A stretch of DNA of 64,000 nucleotides from Raja brachyura (lineage: Eukaryota). Position numbers and translations under genes: made by a program. Below are positions 11,731 through 24,634 of the stretch, one piece after another. The stretch is from positions 14,756,001 to 14,820,000 of the forward strand of contig OY740813.1 in the NCBI GenBank assembly GCA_963514005.1. Reading direction: 5' to 3'. Below the pieces are notes generated by a model. The model ran no database searches and was not told the origin of the DNA. It was given only the letters and a program-made list of their open reading frames with translations. Numbering within the stretch: position 1 is the stretch's first letter; each line of letters starts with the position of its first letter.

Positions 11731-12222
11731 AATCGCTTTCCACCGTCATTAAAACCCCAGTGTCAGGTTATTCTTGCTCTGTGATACCTATTCCTCCCAG
11801 TTCCTCTTGTGTAGTGATTGTGTAATTAAAGACATTGGGCCAGCCTATTGTACAATTGTGATTTAGGTGAGTTTGTTGGGTCTCAGTTCTTGCAGATGAC
11901 CACTCCAGCACTCCCGAGTTGCACACCTGATAGACGTCTCACTGACTTTGAGTACCAAGAAATGTTTGAACATTACAAGGCTGGAGCCAACGGTGTAGAC
12001 ACAATGCAAGTTAAGATTGCAAGCGACGTTACACTTTGCTGACATACAGCTTGAGTTTAGAAAAAATATGAACCCTTTTATAAGGAAGTAGTTTCAAGAG
12101 AGTTAATTGTCATGTGTCCCAGATAGGACAATGAAATTCTTGCTTTGCTTCAGCACAACAGAATATAGTAGGCATAAATAAATACAGAACAGATCAGTGT
12201 GATCGTCTACTATTGAATATAT

Positions 12223-12306
<84 letters not shown>
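12223..12306. repeat. (TA)n(CA)n compound microsatellite
   Basis: Direct reading. Confidence 0.95.
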
Positions 12307-12308
<2 letters not shown>

Positions 12309-12464
12309 GAAATTGCAGAAATGTAGAACTTGGAGAATGTTGTTTTAATGGTTTGTATCAGTATTGATGTACCAGTGAGATGTTGAATTTTAGCACAAAA
12401 TGAATATGTGCCTACCCAGATCAAATAAAGACCACAGATTGAACGGAGGCGTGAGTAGCTCTAG

Positions 12465-12720
12465 GCTACTCCACCAGAGACCCGGGTTCCATCCTGACCA
12501 CGGGTGTTGCCTGTACTGAGTTTGTACGTTCTCCGAATGATCTGTGTGGCTTTTCTCCGGGATCTCCAGTTTCCCTCTGCACTCCCAAGACGTACAGTTT
12601 GTAGGCTTATTGGCATGGTATAATTATATATTGAGTGTGGAAGATATATAGGTGGGGACCACCGGTCGGCACTGACTCAATGGGCCAAAGGGCTCGTTTC
12701 CGTGCTGTATCTCTAAACTT
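12465..12720 (+). mobile_element. V-SINE (HE1-like)
   Basis: CCAGAGACCCGGGTTCCATCCTGAC...GAGTTTGTACGTTCTCC...CTGTATCTCTAAAC. Confidence 0.78.
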
Positions 12721-14507
12721 CAATGCTGTGCGTGATGCCTTTTACAGTGGTGCTAGAGAATTTAAGAATGTTGAATTGATGATAAAGGCTTGTTTAATTA
12801 TTATTGAGAGAATACAGAGAATGCTATGTTTTTCCAAGATGAGACATAACTTTGCGATGTTGGTCATTGTTACACAAAACATGATGAATTACCCACTGAG
12901 CCAATGGGGAGCAGCTCATTGTTATTTTGTCCCCATCTGCTGTCGTGGCAATAATCTCCAACTGACAAGTAGAAGTATGTCCTCGCCCCTCCCACACCCG
13001 TGTAACACATTGCAATAAATCGTCTTATGTGAAGCTGATGAGAGAACAAACTGGGATCTCCCAGTAATTCCACCGCACAGTGACTTGTGGAATCCGGTGG
13101 CAGCTGGAGGCAGCTGGAGGCATGGGTAATGCCATTGTCATGCTGATACCTATTTCCATGGCAGATGAGACCAACAGCAGGACAGGCATCTGTTGAGGGC
13201 TGAGGAGGTGGGGGTGGTCATTCAATCCAGATTAGCCAGGCCCTTGTTTGTTAACCAAATAAAAAGCGTGCAGCTGCTGAAGTCTACACGGCTTCAATAT
13301 CAATATATGGATAATAAATCGAGCATTGATGTTGCCTTGTCCTATCCAGCACTACAGAAGGTTCTTATTATACTGTTAACTTATGTGATTATCTCCCTAT
13401 TATTGTTTCTTAAGATAAGGTCATGCAGCACGTAAACATGCCCTTCGGCCTGATTTGTCCATGCCAACCAAGATACCCCATCTAAGCTAGTCTCATTTGC
13501 CTGAATTTGGCCCATATACTTCCAAAATCTTCCTATCCATTTACTTGTTCCAATCTTTTTTAAATGTTGTTATTCTACCTGCCTCGACTACTACCTCTAG
13601 CTTGATAAGCTGTTCCATATACCCACCACCCTCTGAGTGGAAAAGTTGCCCCACAGTTTCCTGTTAAATCTTTCCCCTCTCCTTAAACCTATGTCCTGTT
13701 TCTTGATTCCCCTGCCCTGGGGAAAAAGACTGTGGAATCATGCTATGTATTTCCCACACAATTTGCATCTCGAAGCGGTAGGAAATTATTATATAACTGA
13801 CAATTTTCATTGAAAATTGGATGTTTATTAAAATCCATACAGTGTTATGTGAAATTACATGGAAATATTCTTGTATTTAATCATAAGTGCACATTTGGCC
13901 CAGATTTGTATTCAACAGGGTGTCATTCCAGTTGTCAGAGAACAGCTTTAATTCAAAATTGCTCTTTTTATGTACTTTTAATTAAAAATATGAAATGTGT
14001 GTTACAAAAAAAAGCTTTAGTGTTGACAGATTAATATTCAGAGCTCCAGTGGCAAAGTCAAGAATATTTAATTGTCATATGCATCGAAATGGAGCAATGA
14101 AATTTTTATTCTCCTTGTGCTCCTACAATTAGTTTGGTTACAATCCCAAACTCAGTCCAATATGGGTATTGTGAGACCAATGAGAGGAGTGATGTAATTT
14201 CTCTCGGTCTGTGGGGAGGAATCTGTTGATGATTTCACTTCTGGCTGTCATCGAATGAGTACCCGAGTGTTTGTGTGTGGACAGGGTGCACTGAAAAGTT
14301 GCACATGAAAAATTGACCCATTTTATCAATGGCTGTCAGATTCTGCAGGAATAGAATCTGTTCAAAAATGAGAAGAAGAAAAAATTATCTTTTTAATTAT
14401 ATCGTTAATCAATATTGGATACCCAACTGGAATGCAACCAATTTTTTATTTGTTGATGATCCACTTTAAATTTGAGAATGAAATATGCCCTCCCCCACTC
14501 ATAATCA

Positions 14508-15960
14508 TGATAATCATGATAATCATATTTTATTAGCCAAGTGTGTTTTGCAACATAAGAGGAATTTCAGTGGCCATACAGTAGGTATGTTACAAAACTT
14601 ACCTTGAGCAGTGCTGCAGTTCTGCCGCTCCCCGGGTGCGCAACTTTGGCGCCTTTCATAGGGGGGCGGGCTTAAGGTGCCGTTTTTCCACAGACTGGGC
14701 AAATCAATCAATGTTGGGCGATTTCGTTGCGGAAGAAAAATCGCTCCGACATTTCATTAATGAAGGTATTTTTAAATTACGCTAGATTATTTATTATCTA
14801 GAGTAATTTAAAAATCACCTTCAAAAGCCGTGAGCGCCGATAACGGGAAGGATTTTGCGTAGAGGAGAAAAAAAGGTACACAGTTTATTTTTATATTAAA
14901 AGTTGATTTTTATGGAGGCTTTAATAATATTTTCATGTTGCGAAATGGGGTCCAAAAAAAATGTATGAACCGGCTGTATTATTCATACCGACTTCACAGC
15001 AAACCGCAATGTTCCAATCCACCGCATTCCACTAAAACCCACTCGCTAGTTGATTTAAATGGCCATTCATTTACAGGCATTAAACACTAAATTCATTCCA
15101 TTTGGCCCAGAAATTCATGAAAATGAGATTTATTGTGGATTATTGTGTGAATATTATTTGGACACTTAGGCAATTTAAAAAAAGTTTATCTTTTCTTAAG
15201 AAATGGATAGATGTTTAGATCTACTTATTGAATTTTGTAATTAGCTACAATTAGATAACTAACTAATTATATGCTTTAATTTCAGGCCATCCAAGTAAGA
15301 TTGTTTCATATTTGTTTTAGAATGCTTCAAGCTATAATAACTGAAAATTGCATTGAGTTCTCTTAATTTTTAAGAAAGTTATGGGCTTTTAACAGTTCTA
15401 AATCACAGCTTTTAAGTTAAGTCAATTGAAAGGCAATGGGGAACAAGATGCTAATTTCCAAGTATGAAAATGGTCATAACTTTCTTAATACTGAAGATAT
15501 GAAAGTGAATTAGGTGTCAAATTAAACATATTTTTATGCTTTATCTGATGGGATAAATTGCAGACTTGATTTTTAAAATCTCAAAATTTTGTAACATTGC
15601 TACATACAGTCATACCAATAAAAAGCAACAGAACACACAAAATACACTATAATATGAACATCCACCACAGTGACTCCTCCACATTCCTCACTGCGAGGAA
15701 GACTTAAAGTTCAATCTCTACCTTCTTTGTCCTCCAGCGGTCGGGGGCCTATAACCTTCCGTTGACGGGACGATCATACTCCCGTAGCCGGCGGCGGGCC
15801 TTCCTCATCGGGGCGATCAAGCTCCTGCATCGGGGAGGAATCTTAGCTCCCCCGCTCTACCCCGGGTCGGGGCTAGTCGGACATCGCGAGGCTTTTGGAG
15901 CTTCCCGACCTCGGTCTCAACCTGAGACTGCGCACTCATCGACGGTGAAATCCACAGGCA
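14508..15960 (-). mobile_element. CpG-rich non-autonomous retroelement with microsatellite tail, split by the DNA transposon
   Basis: (ATAATCATG)n plus TTTATT at the left end, LINE-like tail continuing after 15603, and a GC/CpG-rich head at 15735-15960. Confidence 0.55.
14582..15602. mobile_element. 1021-bp non-autonomous DNA transposon with TAG...CTA termini (hAT-like)
   Basis: Terminal inverted repeats TAGGTATGTTACAAAA / TTTTGTAACATTGCTA (14 of 16 match). CATACAG is duplicated at 14575-14581 and 15603-15609. No transposase ORF. Confidence 0.8.
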
Positions 15961-16494
15961 CACACACCTTTGTGCCTGTTTTACGATTTGGTAACGTCAT
16001 TGACAACATTCTACATCAACTTCACTTTTCTGCCTCATTTACAATCTCTTAATTTCTTTCAATCTATCCATATCATGCTTGAATTTACTTTGTAATTGAA
16101 TGTCCAAAGAGCATGGCATAGAGGTTTCAAAAGATTTACAACAATCCCTGTAAATACATTTATCTTCAGCTGATTCTAGATAGCTGATGTCTTAATTTAT
16201 ACAGAGATGTGATTAATGCTAGGATTCCCTGTGAAAGTCGTGGTGAGCTTCTTGAATCATTGCAGTCCCTCTGGTGAAGGTGCTCTCGCGTCTTTTAGAT
16301 AATGGGTTCTGGGATTCAGAGCCACAATGATAGTGTAATTTCAATTAGTAGAAACAAGAAAGTGGATGCTCGTTTGCAACGTTAATACATGAAACGGTGG
16401 AGTAACTCAAGGATCAGGCAACATCCCTGGGGAATATGGATCGGGTTGACGTTTCGGGTTGAGATCAAAGAAGGGTTCTGACCCAAAATGTCAC

Positions 16495-17105
16495 CTACCA
16501 TCGACTCCACAGTCAAAAAGGCACATCAGAGGATGTACATCCTGCGGCAGCTGAGGAAGCACAATCTGCCACAGGCAATGATGGTTCAAATCTAGGTCTG
16601 TTCTCACCTTCTCCATCATGGTCTGGTTTGGCTCAGCCACCAAGCACGACACCTGGAGGCTGCAGTGAATCGTCCAATCAGCAGAGAAGGTTATTGGCTG
16701 CAACCATCTCTCCATTGATGAACTGTACACTGCAAGGGCCAGGAAGCGAGCGGGCAAGATCATCTCTGACCCCTCTCACCCTGGCCACAAACTCTTTGAA
16801 TCACTTCCCTCTGGAAGGCGAGTCCGGACTGTCAAAGCTTCCACAGCCAGACATAAAAACAGTTTTTATCCATGAGTAGTTGCTCTACTCAACAACCATA
16901 AATCTGTAGCCTCCCTTTGATCTGGCATTTTGTTGGTTCACATGCTTGATCAATGGTGTTTTATCATTAATGTTTTATTATTATTAATGTTTAGTGTTTT
17001 CTGAGTAATTCGTAACTCTCACGTTATGTCATGTTGCTTTTGGCGGAGCACCAAAGCAAATTCCTTGTATGTGAATACTTGGCCAATAAACCTACTTACT
17101 TACTT
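16495..17105 (+). mobile_element. Rex1/Babar-type LINE 3' fragment with (ACTT)n tail, inserted in a PLE tail
   Basis: Near-identical to 59829-60439. Encodes a disrupted ...IISDPSHPGHKLFESLPSGRR... and ends AATAAA+(ACTT)n. Confidence 0.85.
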
Positions 17106-17606
17106 CTCAATGTTCTCCTGGGATGACCCGCTGAGTTACTCCAGCATTTTGTATATTCCTTAATGGAATTTCAAGTAAAGATAATAAGTGACTTGATAGG
17201 AATCTGCAAGAGATGGTATACCATGTACCTGCTGGCATTCAGAGCCTAGTATTTGTAAAGGAGGAGTAAAGATTGTGAGGGATATCACTTAAATGCACTT
17301 AATGACTGATATATAGAATAAAGGCCACATTTCCATGTTGTCGCCTTCTGTCACTACTAAGATATTGGGTAAGTTAAGATGCATTCAAGATAATAGAGAA
17401 TACCAGTTCTGTTTATGCAATTAGCTGGATAATATTTTATAGCTCTAAACATTGAAGTCAACATTTCTACATACTTCATTGCTTGGCTGAACTAGGGTGG
17501 TGCCAGGCTGTGGTGAAAGTTAACTACAAATTCCACTTATTTGCAGTGTTAGGCATGCACTAATGGAAGTTGTTGATGGCAAACTAAGGACAGGATCAGG
17601 CTTGGT

Positions 17607-17692
17607 GTTTAAGAAGGAACTGCAGATGCTGGAAAATCTAAGGAACTGCAGATGCTGGAAAATCAAGGAACTGCAGATGCTGGAAAATCTGG
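17607..17692 (-). mobile_element. triplicated PLE 3' terminus with 10-bp TSD
   Basis: Three copies of AAGGAACTGCAGATGCTGGAAAATC(T), flanked by CAGGCTTGGT at 17597-17606 and 17693-17702. Confidence 0.8.
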
Positions 17693-17946
17693 CAGGCTTG
17701 GTCCAGTTTATGGTGTTTCTGCCATCCCCAATTCTCCATCCTTTCAAGGATGCGGTTATGTGCATGAGATTCCCAATGTTGCAACGACTGCAGCACAGAA
17801 GGAAGCCCCTTGGGCAACTTGGGCAGCATGGATAAGTTGGGCTAACCTAACTATCCCATTTGTATATGCCTGGCCCAAGTCCTCTCCAAACCTTTTCTAT
17901 TTATGTGTTTATCTAAGTGCTATTTAATTGCACCTGCCTGTATATC

Positions 17947-18242
17947 TAAACTAAACTAAAGGAAGTGATATAGTGCGGAAACAGGCCCTTCGGCCCACCG
18001 ATTCCACGCCGAGCAGCGATCCTCGTACACTAGCACTATCCTACATACTAGGAACAATTTATAATCTTTTACTAAAGCCAATTAATCTGCAAACCTGTAC
18101 GTCTTTGAAACGTGGGAGGTAACAGGATCAGGCGATCACTGTGAGAACGTACAAACTCACTATAGACCGCATCCGTAGTCGGGATTGAACCCGGGTCACC
18201 GGCGCTGTAAGGCCGCAACTCTATCACTGTGCCACCATGCCG
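17947..18242 (-). mobile_element. V-SINE (HE1-like)
   Basis: Reverse complement of the 38451 family (GGCACAGTGATAGAGTTG...GGTTCAATCCC...GAGTTTGTACGTTCTC). Confidence 0.8.
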
Positions 18243-19644
18243 CAAAGCTCTAATTTTGGAATTGATTGTGACTTTTATTTGAAAAAGAGAAGGGGGGGCA
18301 GCAAGGAGCCAAAAGGCCTGAAAAGGGTCCTGATACAGAACATCACCTATCCATGTTCTCCAGAGATGCTTGCTGACCGCTGAGTTACTCCAGCACTTTG
18401 TGTTCCGAGGAGCCATAAGTAATGTTTGTGTTTATAGTTTCCAAGACTGGTGCACCGAATCATTGGATACTGCAATTTGCTTCAGCACTTGGGGGAGCAG
18501 CCTGTTCATTTGATTGATTTTGGTCAGTGGTGATACCAGTACTGAAATATTTGAAGTCCTGCCCCTTTGGATGGAAGCATATTGAAACCATATGTAGTAC
18601 ATTCCATCTATTTCCATTCCGCAGAAAACTGTTCAAGTTTTCTAACTGGACTGCTGTGCATTTTGGATAAAGCTTTCACATTTACACACCATCTTCTGAA
18701 ACATTTTGCAAATGGTGCCTAATCTATAGTTGTCTTAACTTTATTGAGGATAGATTTAAGACTTGAATTGCATATTGAAAGCTTATATTCTTTGCTCCAT
18801 TCTTGTGTGTGTGTGTGTGTGCCTCGACCACACATATCTGTCACATTTTGAATGGCCACAGGAGATGCAATATGAAAACATTAAAATACTTATAAGGTGG
18901 TATTTATAAGTAAGTATATAAGTATACTTTTATAAGTAAGGGAAATGATGGAGATTGGGGTTGAAGGTGTTTTGGGACAGTTTTAGTTCTGTGGTTTGAC
19001 CTATGCTGTACATGATTTGAGAGCTCTCAGTGCTGAGTTACCAAGATAGAAAAAGATTGTGTTCCTCTCTACTAATATTCATCAAGGTAGAAGAGTCTGC
19101 GGAGAATCACTTAAGCTAAACATCCTCCCCCCTCCCTCGAATACTGTCAACAGGTAAAAGTCAATAGTTTGCATCAGAAATAGTGGCTTTTGGGGTGTGT
19201 TAACTGAAGGGAATTGCTCTGTCAAATAATGGTCTGTCAGCGAACTCTAGGTGTCAATAATTGTTGCACAGCTTCTGCAAGGTCACTGAAAGAGGTAACA
19301 GTTATGAAAGGTGGTAATAACATTACTTAATGAACCTCACCTAATAAACCTAATCTAAAATACCAGCGTTCATCTTCCTGTCAGTTTTTATTGGTGAGCA
19401 TTTTTCTCCTCTCTTGAAAGTGGCCTCTTACTCTCGGGGTGTGGTTTTTAAAGCACCTCAAGTGATCATACTAAACTTGTCACTCTAAATGGGAATTATT
19501 CCCCAAATAATTAGTGCTCCAAGATGTGCTAATTCACCACAGACATGGAATTAAACTGTTGGGAAATATAGCTCCCAATTGAAAAATCAAGAACCTCAAC
19601 CAAAGGATAAACCCTTTCATGATTAAAAACCATAAACTATCATT

Positions 19645-21953
19645 TTCTCATTTTTTTCAATTTATTAGCATTTCTCAACTTTTAATGAACGTATATTTAA
19701 AAAAATTATTTTAATTGCACCAATGAAGTCAGAAATGACATACTGTACTTTACGATCACTTACTTTCGCTCATACACATCTTAATACAAATGAAATCATT
19801 CATAAACAACCAAGATTATATTCTGTAACAAATGGGACAACTTTATGTAAGGACATATTCATTATATACATCTGTTTCTATTTACACTGTGCCATTGTTG
19901 CAAAAGCAGAAGAACACTGAAGAGTTTTGCGGTTAAACATAAATGTAATTAGATGGCCTGAGGACCACGTTAGTACGTATATGAGGTATGTTCCTTTTTT
20001 GGGCAATTAATGCAGGATTGGTGTTGGACATGTACAGTATTAACTACTGTTGTCTATTCGGTTGTGTCTGTTTGGATCTGTGCACCTGCATTCCATTTGT
20101 TGTGCCATTCAACGTGGCCATTGCCAAATGGAGTGCTTTTAAAAAATGTTTTATGGTGTGTTGTATGTGAATCGGAAAGCATAGATTTGGCAGCATCTGT
20201 CTCAGAAACAGAATAATGCTGGCCTCCTCCCCCAAAGGAACCTCTTGGGAATAGCAGTAAATGTTAGCACTGTGGTGAAGGCCTGTTTTCAGCTTTTACA
20301 GAGTTCATTGTCTTCAGCAGTGAGATATACCACCTATGCATCTAACCCTAACCTTATTCACTAACACTGTTAAGTACACTGGTAATGACATATTTTCAAG
20401 TTAAATTCTGCATTTTAAACCAGAAAGCTACAAAAGAATGAGACTATTCCAGATTGTTGAGTTTCTCTTCTCCCTCAATGAAAGACAATTTGATGTGCAG
20501 GAGTCCAACAGGACCAAGGAAAGGTTAGTATCCTGATACTTAAGAGTACAATTACTCCGTTTTTGCAACAAAATCTTCCCTCCCATGGCATGTCTTCAGT
20601 TTTCCCTCCTTGAAAGTGCTTGCGTCCATTTCCTTGGGTTTAACTTTCTTCAAAGTAGTTTAAGGAAAGAAGTCCAGTTGTCGAGGGTTGGAAAGCATAC
20701 AAGGCATCAATGTTTCACATGTAGGGAAGGTCACTGAACAAAGATTGGAAGCTAAACATTTGCTTCCTAACTAGTTGCTCGGGTAATGGGCAGCATCTGT
20801 GTGTATCTTTACTCTCTGTTCCTCAGCATTGCCTCCAAAGTGCAGATTGTGCTCTCTGCTCTGAGAAGGCTCCAAGCCATCTCAAAAATGAGATGCCACT
20901 CACACTGCACTCGGTTGGGTTGACATGGGTGCATGGTGTTACTGATGCCAATGAGTCTGGGATTACCCTTCCCATCAATACAGTGGTATTGGGTATCGAG
21001 TGCTGATGTGCCATCTTACCCCTAACTTATCTCACAGTATAATTTTCCGGTAAGCTAACACAGTGAGACAGTCGGATGTTATTTTTATGGATAACAAACC
21101 AAACAACCCTAGTTTTGCATCTGAAGGGCTGCTGCCTGCCATCTTTCATTAAGACTTTGTTAATTTTTTTTGTCATTTAGATCTCGGAGGCATCATTCGG
21201 CTAGATTTCCTTTAGGCAGTGGAGCACCATGACGTTCACAGCTATCATTTCCTCACATTCAAGATGCTGGATAACTACATATTGCAATATTGTTGGTTAG
21301 TTTTTTTGGAGAAAAAGTGCAAATCTTTTTGGGTTTGGTCACCTTTTGAAAGATTTATCAGTTTTCCACTGCGGTTGAGTTCCTCTCCTAAAAAGTGCCA
21401 ATTCAGGCTCCAGAACCTTATCCACATGATTGTTGTTCAAAACAGTTTTGACCGTCAGTCCCAGTAAGCTAGTAGCATCTTGGCTTCATCCAATTTCAAA
21501 TGCAGGTCCACTTCCCAGTAAAACTCACTGGATTGCAACTGCTTGCTGGGATTTCTCTCCACTTCTCCAGTCTCAAAGAAAGTTCATTTACACCCTCTGC
21601 AACACCTCCACGTTCACCTTGATGAAAGTGAGATGTCAAACTTTTTTGCACATGCTTTTCTGTGGACTATTCTGATCCATACTGCTTGGCAATAAATGAT
21701 TAAGAACGTTATCAAAGCACTGGGTCAGAGATTGTCATAGTTTCTAAGATCTATAATGGTTAATCAACGTTTGAAATCCATGCCCATCTCTTTCTATTTA
21801 TGAATCTGTGCACACATGAATTACCAATGACTCTTACGATAGCCCATTAAACAGATGGGATTTCTAGAAATAGGTGAATGAGAAAAGAACAACACTAGGA
21901 AGTTCCTGTTTAGTGATCCCATTAACCAGGCTTGTGAAGATATTAGTTCCTTG
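19645..21953 (-). other. probable sh2d3c 3' UTR (~2.3 kb)
   Basis: AT-rich stretch after the stop with no repeat I recognise, ending at a minus-strand AATAAA (19666-19661). Confidence 0.55.
19661..19666 (-). terminator. candidate polyadenylation signal AATAAA
   Basis: Plus-strand TTTATT. It is followed on the minus strand by a GU/U-rich tract (GTTTATGGTTTTT) about 20-35 nt downstream. Confidence 0.5.
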
Positions 21954-22129
21954 CTACAATTCACTGTGACGGACTGGCGGCTCCAGCTTGTTCGACAGCG
22001 CACATAGGACCTTGTCAAACTTTTTGTATCGCTCGGCTTGGCTGCCGCCTGCTCCTCGACTGCCCCACAGCAACCGCATTTGGAACTCTGTCTTGAAGAC
22101 TTCAAGAACTTGCTCGTTCTCCTGAAAAC
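21954..22129 (-). CDS. sh2d3c: SH2D3C last coding exon (FQENEQVLEVFKTEFQMRLLWGSRGA...LSNKLEPPVRHSEL*)
   Basis: Acceptor TCATCCCGCAG|GT, TAG at 21956-21954. Contains TEFQMRLLWGS, conserved in the NSP family. Confidence 0.95.
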
Positions 22130-22399
22130 CTGCGGGATGAAAAATAGAAGAGTGTGACGCACATGTGGTGAGCTCGCTATGAAAGCAAAGCTAGGATGGT
22201 GTGAACATCTCCTTTCAAATGGTGTTCCAGATCATTCAACTTGCTCTAATTTAAAACAAAAGACCTTTATTATCCATGAAAGTTAGGTTGGGGCATTTTA
22301 ATCGGGTGATGATTAAGGAATAGTGATGTACAAGTCATGATGGTGTATGACGTGGTTGGGGAAGCAATGGGGGTAATATTCCTATGCATCTTTGAATAG

Positions 22400-22728
22400 T
22401 TAGAAACACAGAAAATAGGTGCAGGAGGAGGCCATTCGGCCCTTCGATCCAGCACCGCCATTCATTGTGATCATGGCTGATCGTCCCCAGTCAATAACCC
22501 GTGCCTGCCTTCTCCCCATAATCCTTTGATTCCACCAGGCCCCAGAGCTCTATCTAACTCTCTCTTAAATCCATCCAGTGATTTGGCCTCCACTGCCCTC
22601 TGTGGCAGGGAATTCCACAATTTCACAACCCTCTGGGTAAAAAAGTAGTTTCTCACCTCAGTCCTATATGGCCTCCCCTTTATTCTAAGACTGTGGCCCC
22701 TGGTTCTGGACTCGCCCAACATTGGGAG
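22400..22728 (-). mobile_element. CR1-type LINE 3' end
   Basis: ORF MLGESRTRGHSLRIKGRP...FFTQRVVKLWNSLPQ.AVEA.SL..FK.ELD (CR1 ORF2 C-terminus) plus the GATCAGCCATGATC...GGGCCGAATGGCC tail. Confidence 0.9.
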
Positions 22729-22789
22729 TTCTTTCTAGGTAGGTGAAGTTGTGGGTTTGAGAGGTGCTGTGTGAGTAGCGGAAATGAGA

Positions 22790-23450
22790 AACATCGATTT
22801 ATTCTGCTGAGGTTGTGCACCAGGAGTGCAGAGAACACATGTTTAAACTGGTGAATCTGGTGCCAAACAACTGGATTGAATGGTATTGTGCTCTTGAGTA
22901 TTGTGAGAGCAAAACTCATCTGGGCAAGAGAAGCATGTCCCATCATACCCTTGACTGTACTCTGTACACGGTTTAAGGCTTTGTGGCGCAAGCGAGTCAC
23001 TCCCCACAGGATATCCTGCTCTTGTAGCCGTCTTATTTATGTGGTAGGGGCAGATCAGTTTCTGGTCAATGGTGACCCGGGGGACATTGAGGTAGAGGAT
23101 GCAGCATTGGTAAAGTAATTGAATATCAAGAGTACATGGTTAGACTGTCTCTCGCTAGACATGGTCAGGGCCTGGCACTTTGTAGCAACAATGCTATTTG
23201 CCACTTAACAGCCTGTATTTGTTGCCTGAGGGTATGTACGGTTCAATTTGATGAGGAGTTCCAAATGGACTTGAACTTTGTGCAGGCATCAGTGATCATC
23301 CCCACACTCCATCCCCTTTGAGTTTATAGTGGTGGAAGGTCATTGATGAAGCAGCTGACGTTGGTTGAGTCTAGGACAATACCCTGAGGAAATATTGTAG
23401 TGATGTCCTGAGGCTGGGATGATTGACATCTAACAACCACACACAACTCC
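22790..23450 (-). mobile_element. old CR1/L2-clade reverse transcriptase fragment
   Basis: The minus strand translates approximately to VVVRCQSSQPQDITTIFPQGIVLDSTNVSCFINDLP (RT PQGS.LGP..F..FINDL motif). Confidence 0.55.
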
Positions 23451-24427
23451 CTGAACTGAAGTGAGTGCATTCTCTGTGCTCTGAGTTTACAACTAGCTAA
23501 AGCCTTACCACCAATATTAAAACCTATCAGCTTGGACCATGTCCAAACCCGAGTCTCCGAGGGTCAGGGTACCTGCAATGTATTGACAGCTGCTACACAA
23601 TAATAATGGAATATGTGTGCATATTGTCTTACTTTTAAGTCCCCCTCCAGCTTCCACTATTTCCCCAAACCAGACAAACAAATTGCTCTTGGCTTCATGC
23701 CAATTGTGTTTTGTAACCATCTAAAAGGCTTGTGCAGGATAACCTTGTGATGGGGGTTTCCTTCCTTTCCCATGCCAAAATAACCACCATCTGTTCAGTC
23801 CAGCCCCTCCTCCCATACTGGACCAAGGCACAAACGCAGTCAGAATGTGTGTAGCTACATCCTCCCCAGCCATTATCTGCTTTCCACTTTCCCTTCAAAG
23901 CAAATGTAGCTTTGAACTAAACAGGACGCACAAGAAACTGCGGATGCTGGAACCTTGGGAAGAACACAATAGTGCTGGAGGGACTCAGTGGGTCAGGCAG
24001 CATCTGCGGAGGGAATGGACAAATGATGTTTTGGGTTGGGACGGATCGGTTTGGGTCTCTAGCCAAGGCCACATGAGCTGACCTCAACCAGGTGGCAGTG
24101 GTCACACTCTGTTTTATGCAGCAGCCTGAGTCGAAGCAGTAAGGAAGAAAAGTCCAACACTGGTTCCTGACAGTGCCCAATGCTGGGAAACAATAGGAGA
24201 TGCGTAGGTCGGGCCAGTACAGTGTTTAAACAGCTAGTCGCTGTGGAAACTCGTGTAAAGATTGGATTTGGTACCTGGTTGGGCATTTGGCTTGAACCAA
24301 TGAAACAAAACCCTGCAGATTTTACAGCCTTTAGAACAAAGAGGGGATAACTGGGAAGAGAGAGATTATTGATGGATGCTAAATATAACTCTTTGTTTCA
24401 GCAAGAGAGAGTATTCTAAGTATTTAC

Positions 24428-24634
24428 CTTGTAGTTTCAGTTCAGCGTTGGTTTTATATAGTCCCCCGTGATGTGCAATTGTTCTTGCAGCCTCCAGATG
24501 TGACATAACCACCTCGACGCCACTGTCACTGATCTCCCAGGGCTCGATGTTCTCAGTCGTTGCCAAATTACGCTCAAGCAAAGTGATGAGAGGAACCACA
24601 TGAGGAAAGGTGGTGTTGGTCAATGGAGATGCTT
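24428..24634 (-). CDS. sh2d3c: SH2D3C exon 9 (ASPLTNTTFPHVVPLITLLE...HLEAARTIAHHGGLYKTNAELKLQ)
   Basis: Overlaps ORF 24366..24623. Acceptor CCTTTCAG|AA, donor CAAG|GTAAAT, 207 nt. Confidence 0.95.

Noticed and set aside
11848-12042. ORF with acceptor-like TTCTTGCAG|ATG (TTPALPSCTPDRRLTDFEYQEMF...)
   Set aside because: No convincing donor and no known homology.
12103-12424. (CV)n ORFs
   Set aside because: Translation of a CA microsatellite.
17563-17835. CRISPR-like or repeat-protein appearance of the 3x 25-mer
   Set aside because: No spacers and a eukaryotic context; the unit is the PLE 3' terminus.
21821-22162. 113-aa ORF over the last sh2d3c exon
   Set aside because: Wrong frame; the conserved SH2D3C peptide is in another frame.
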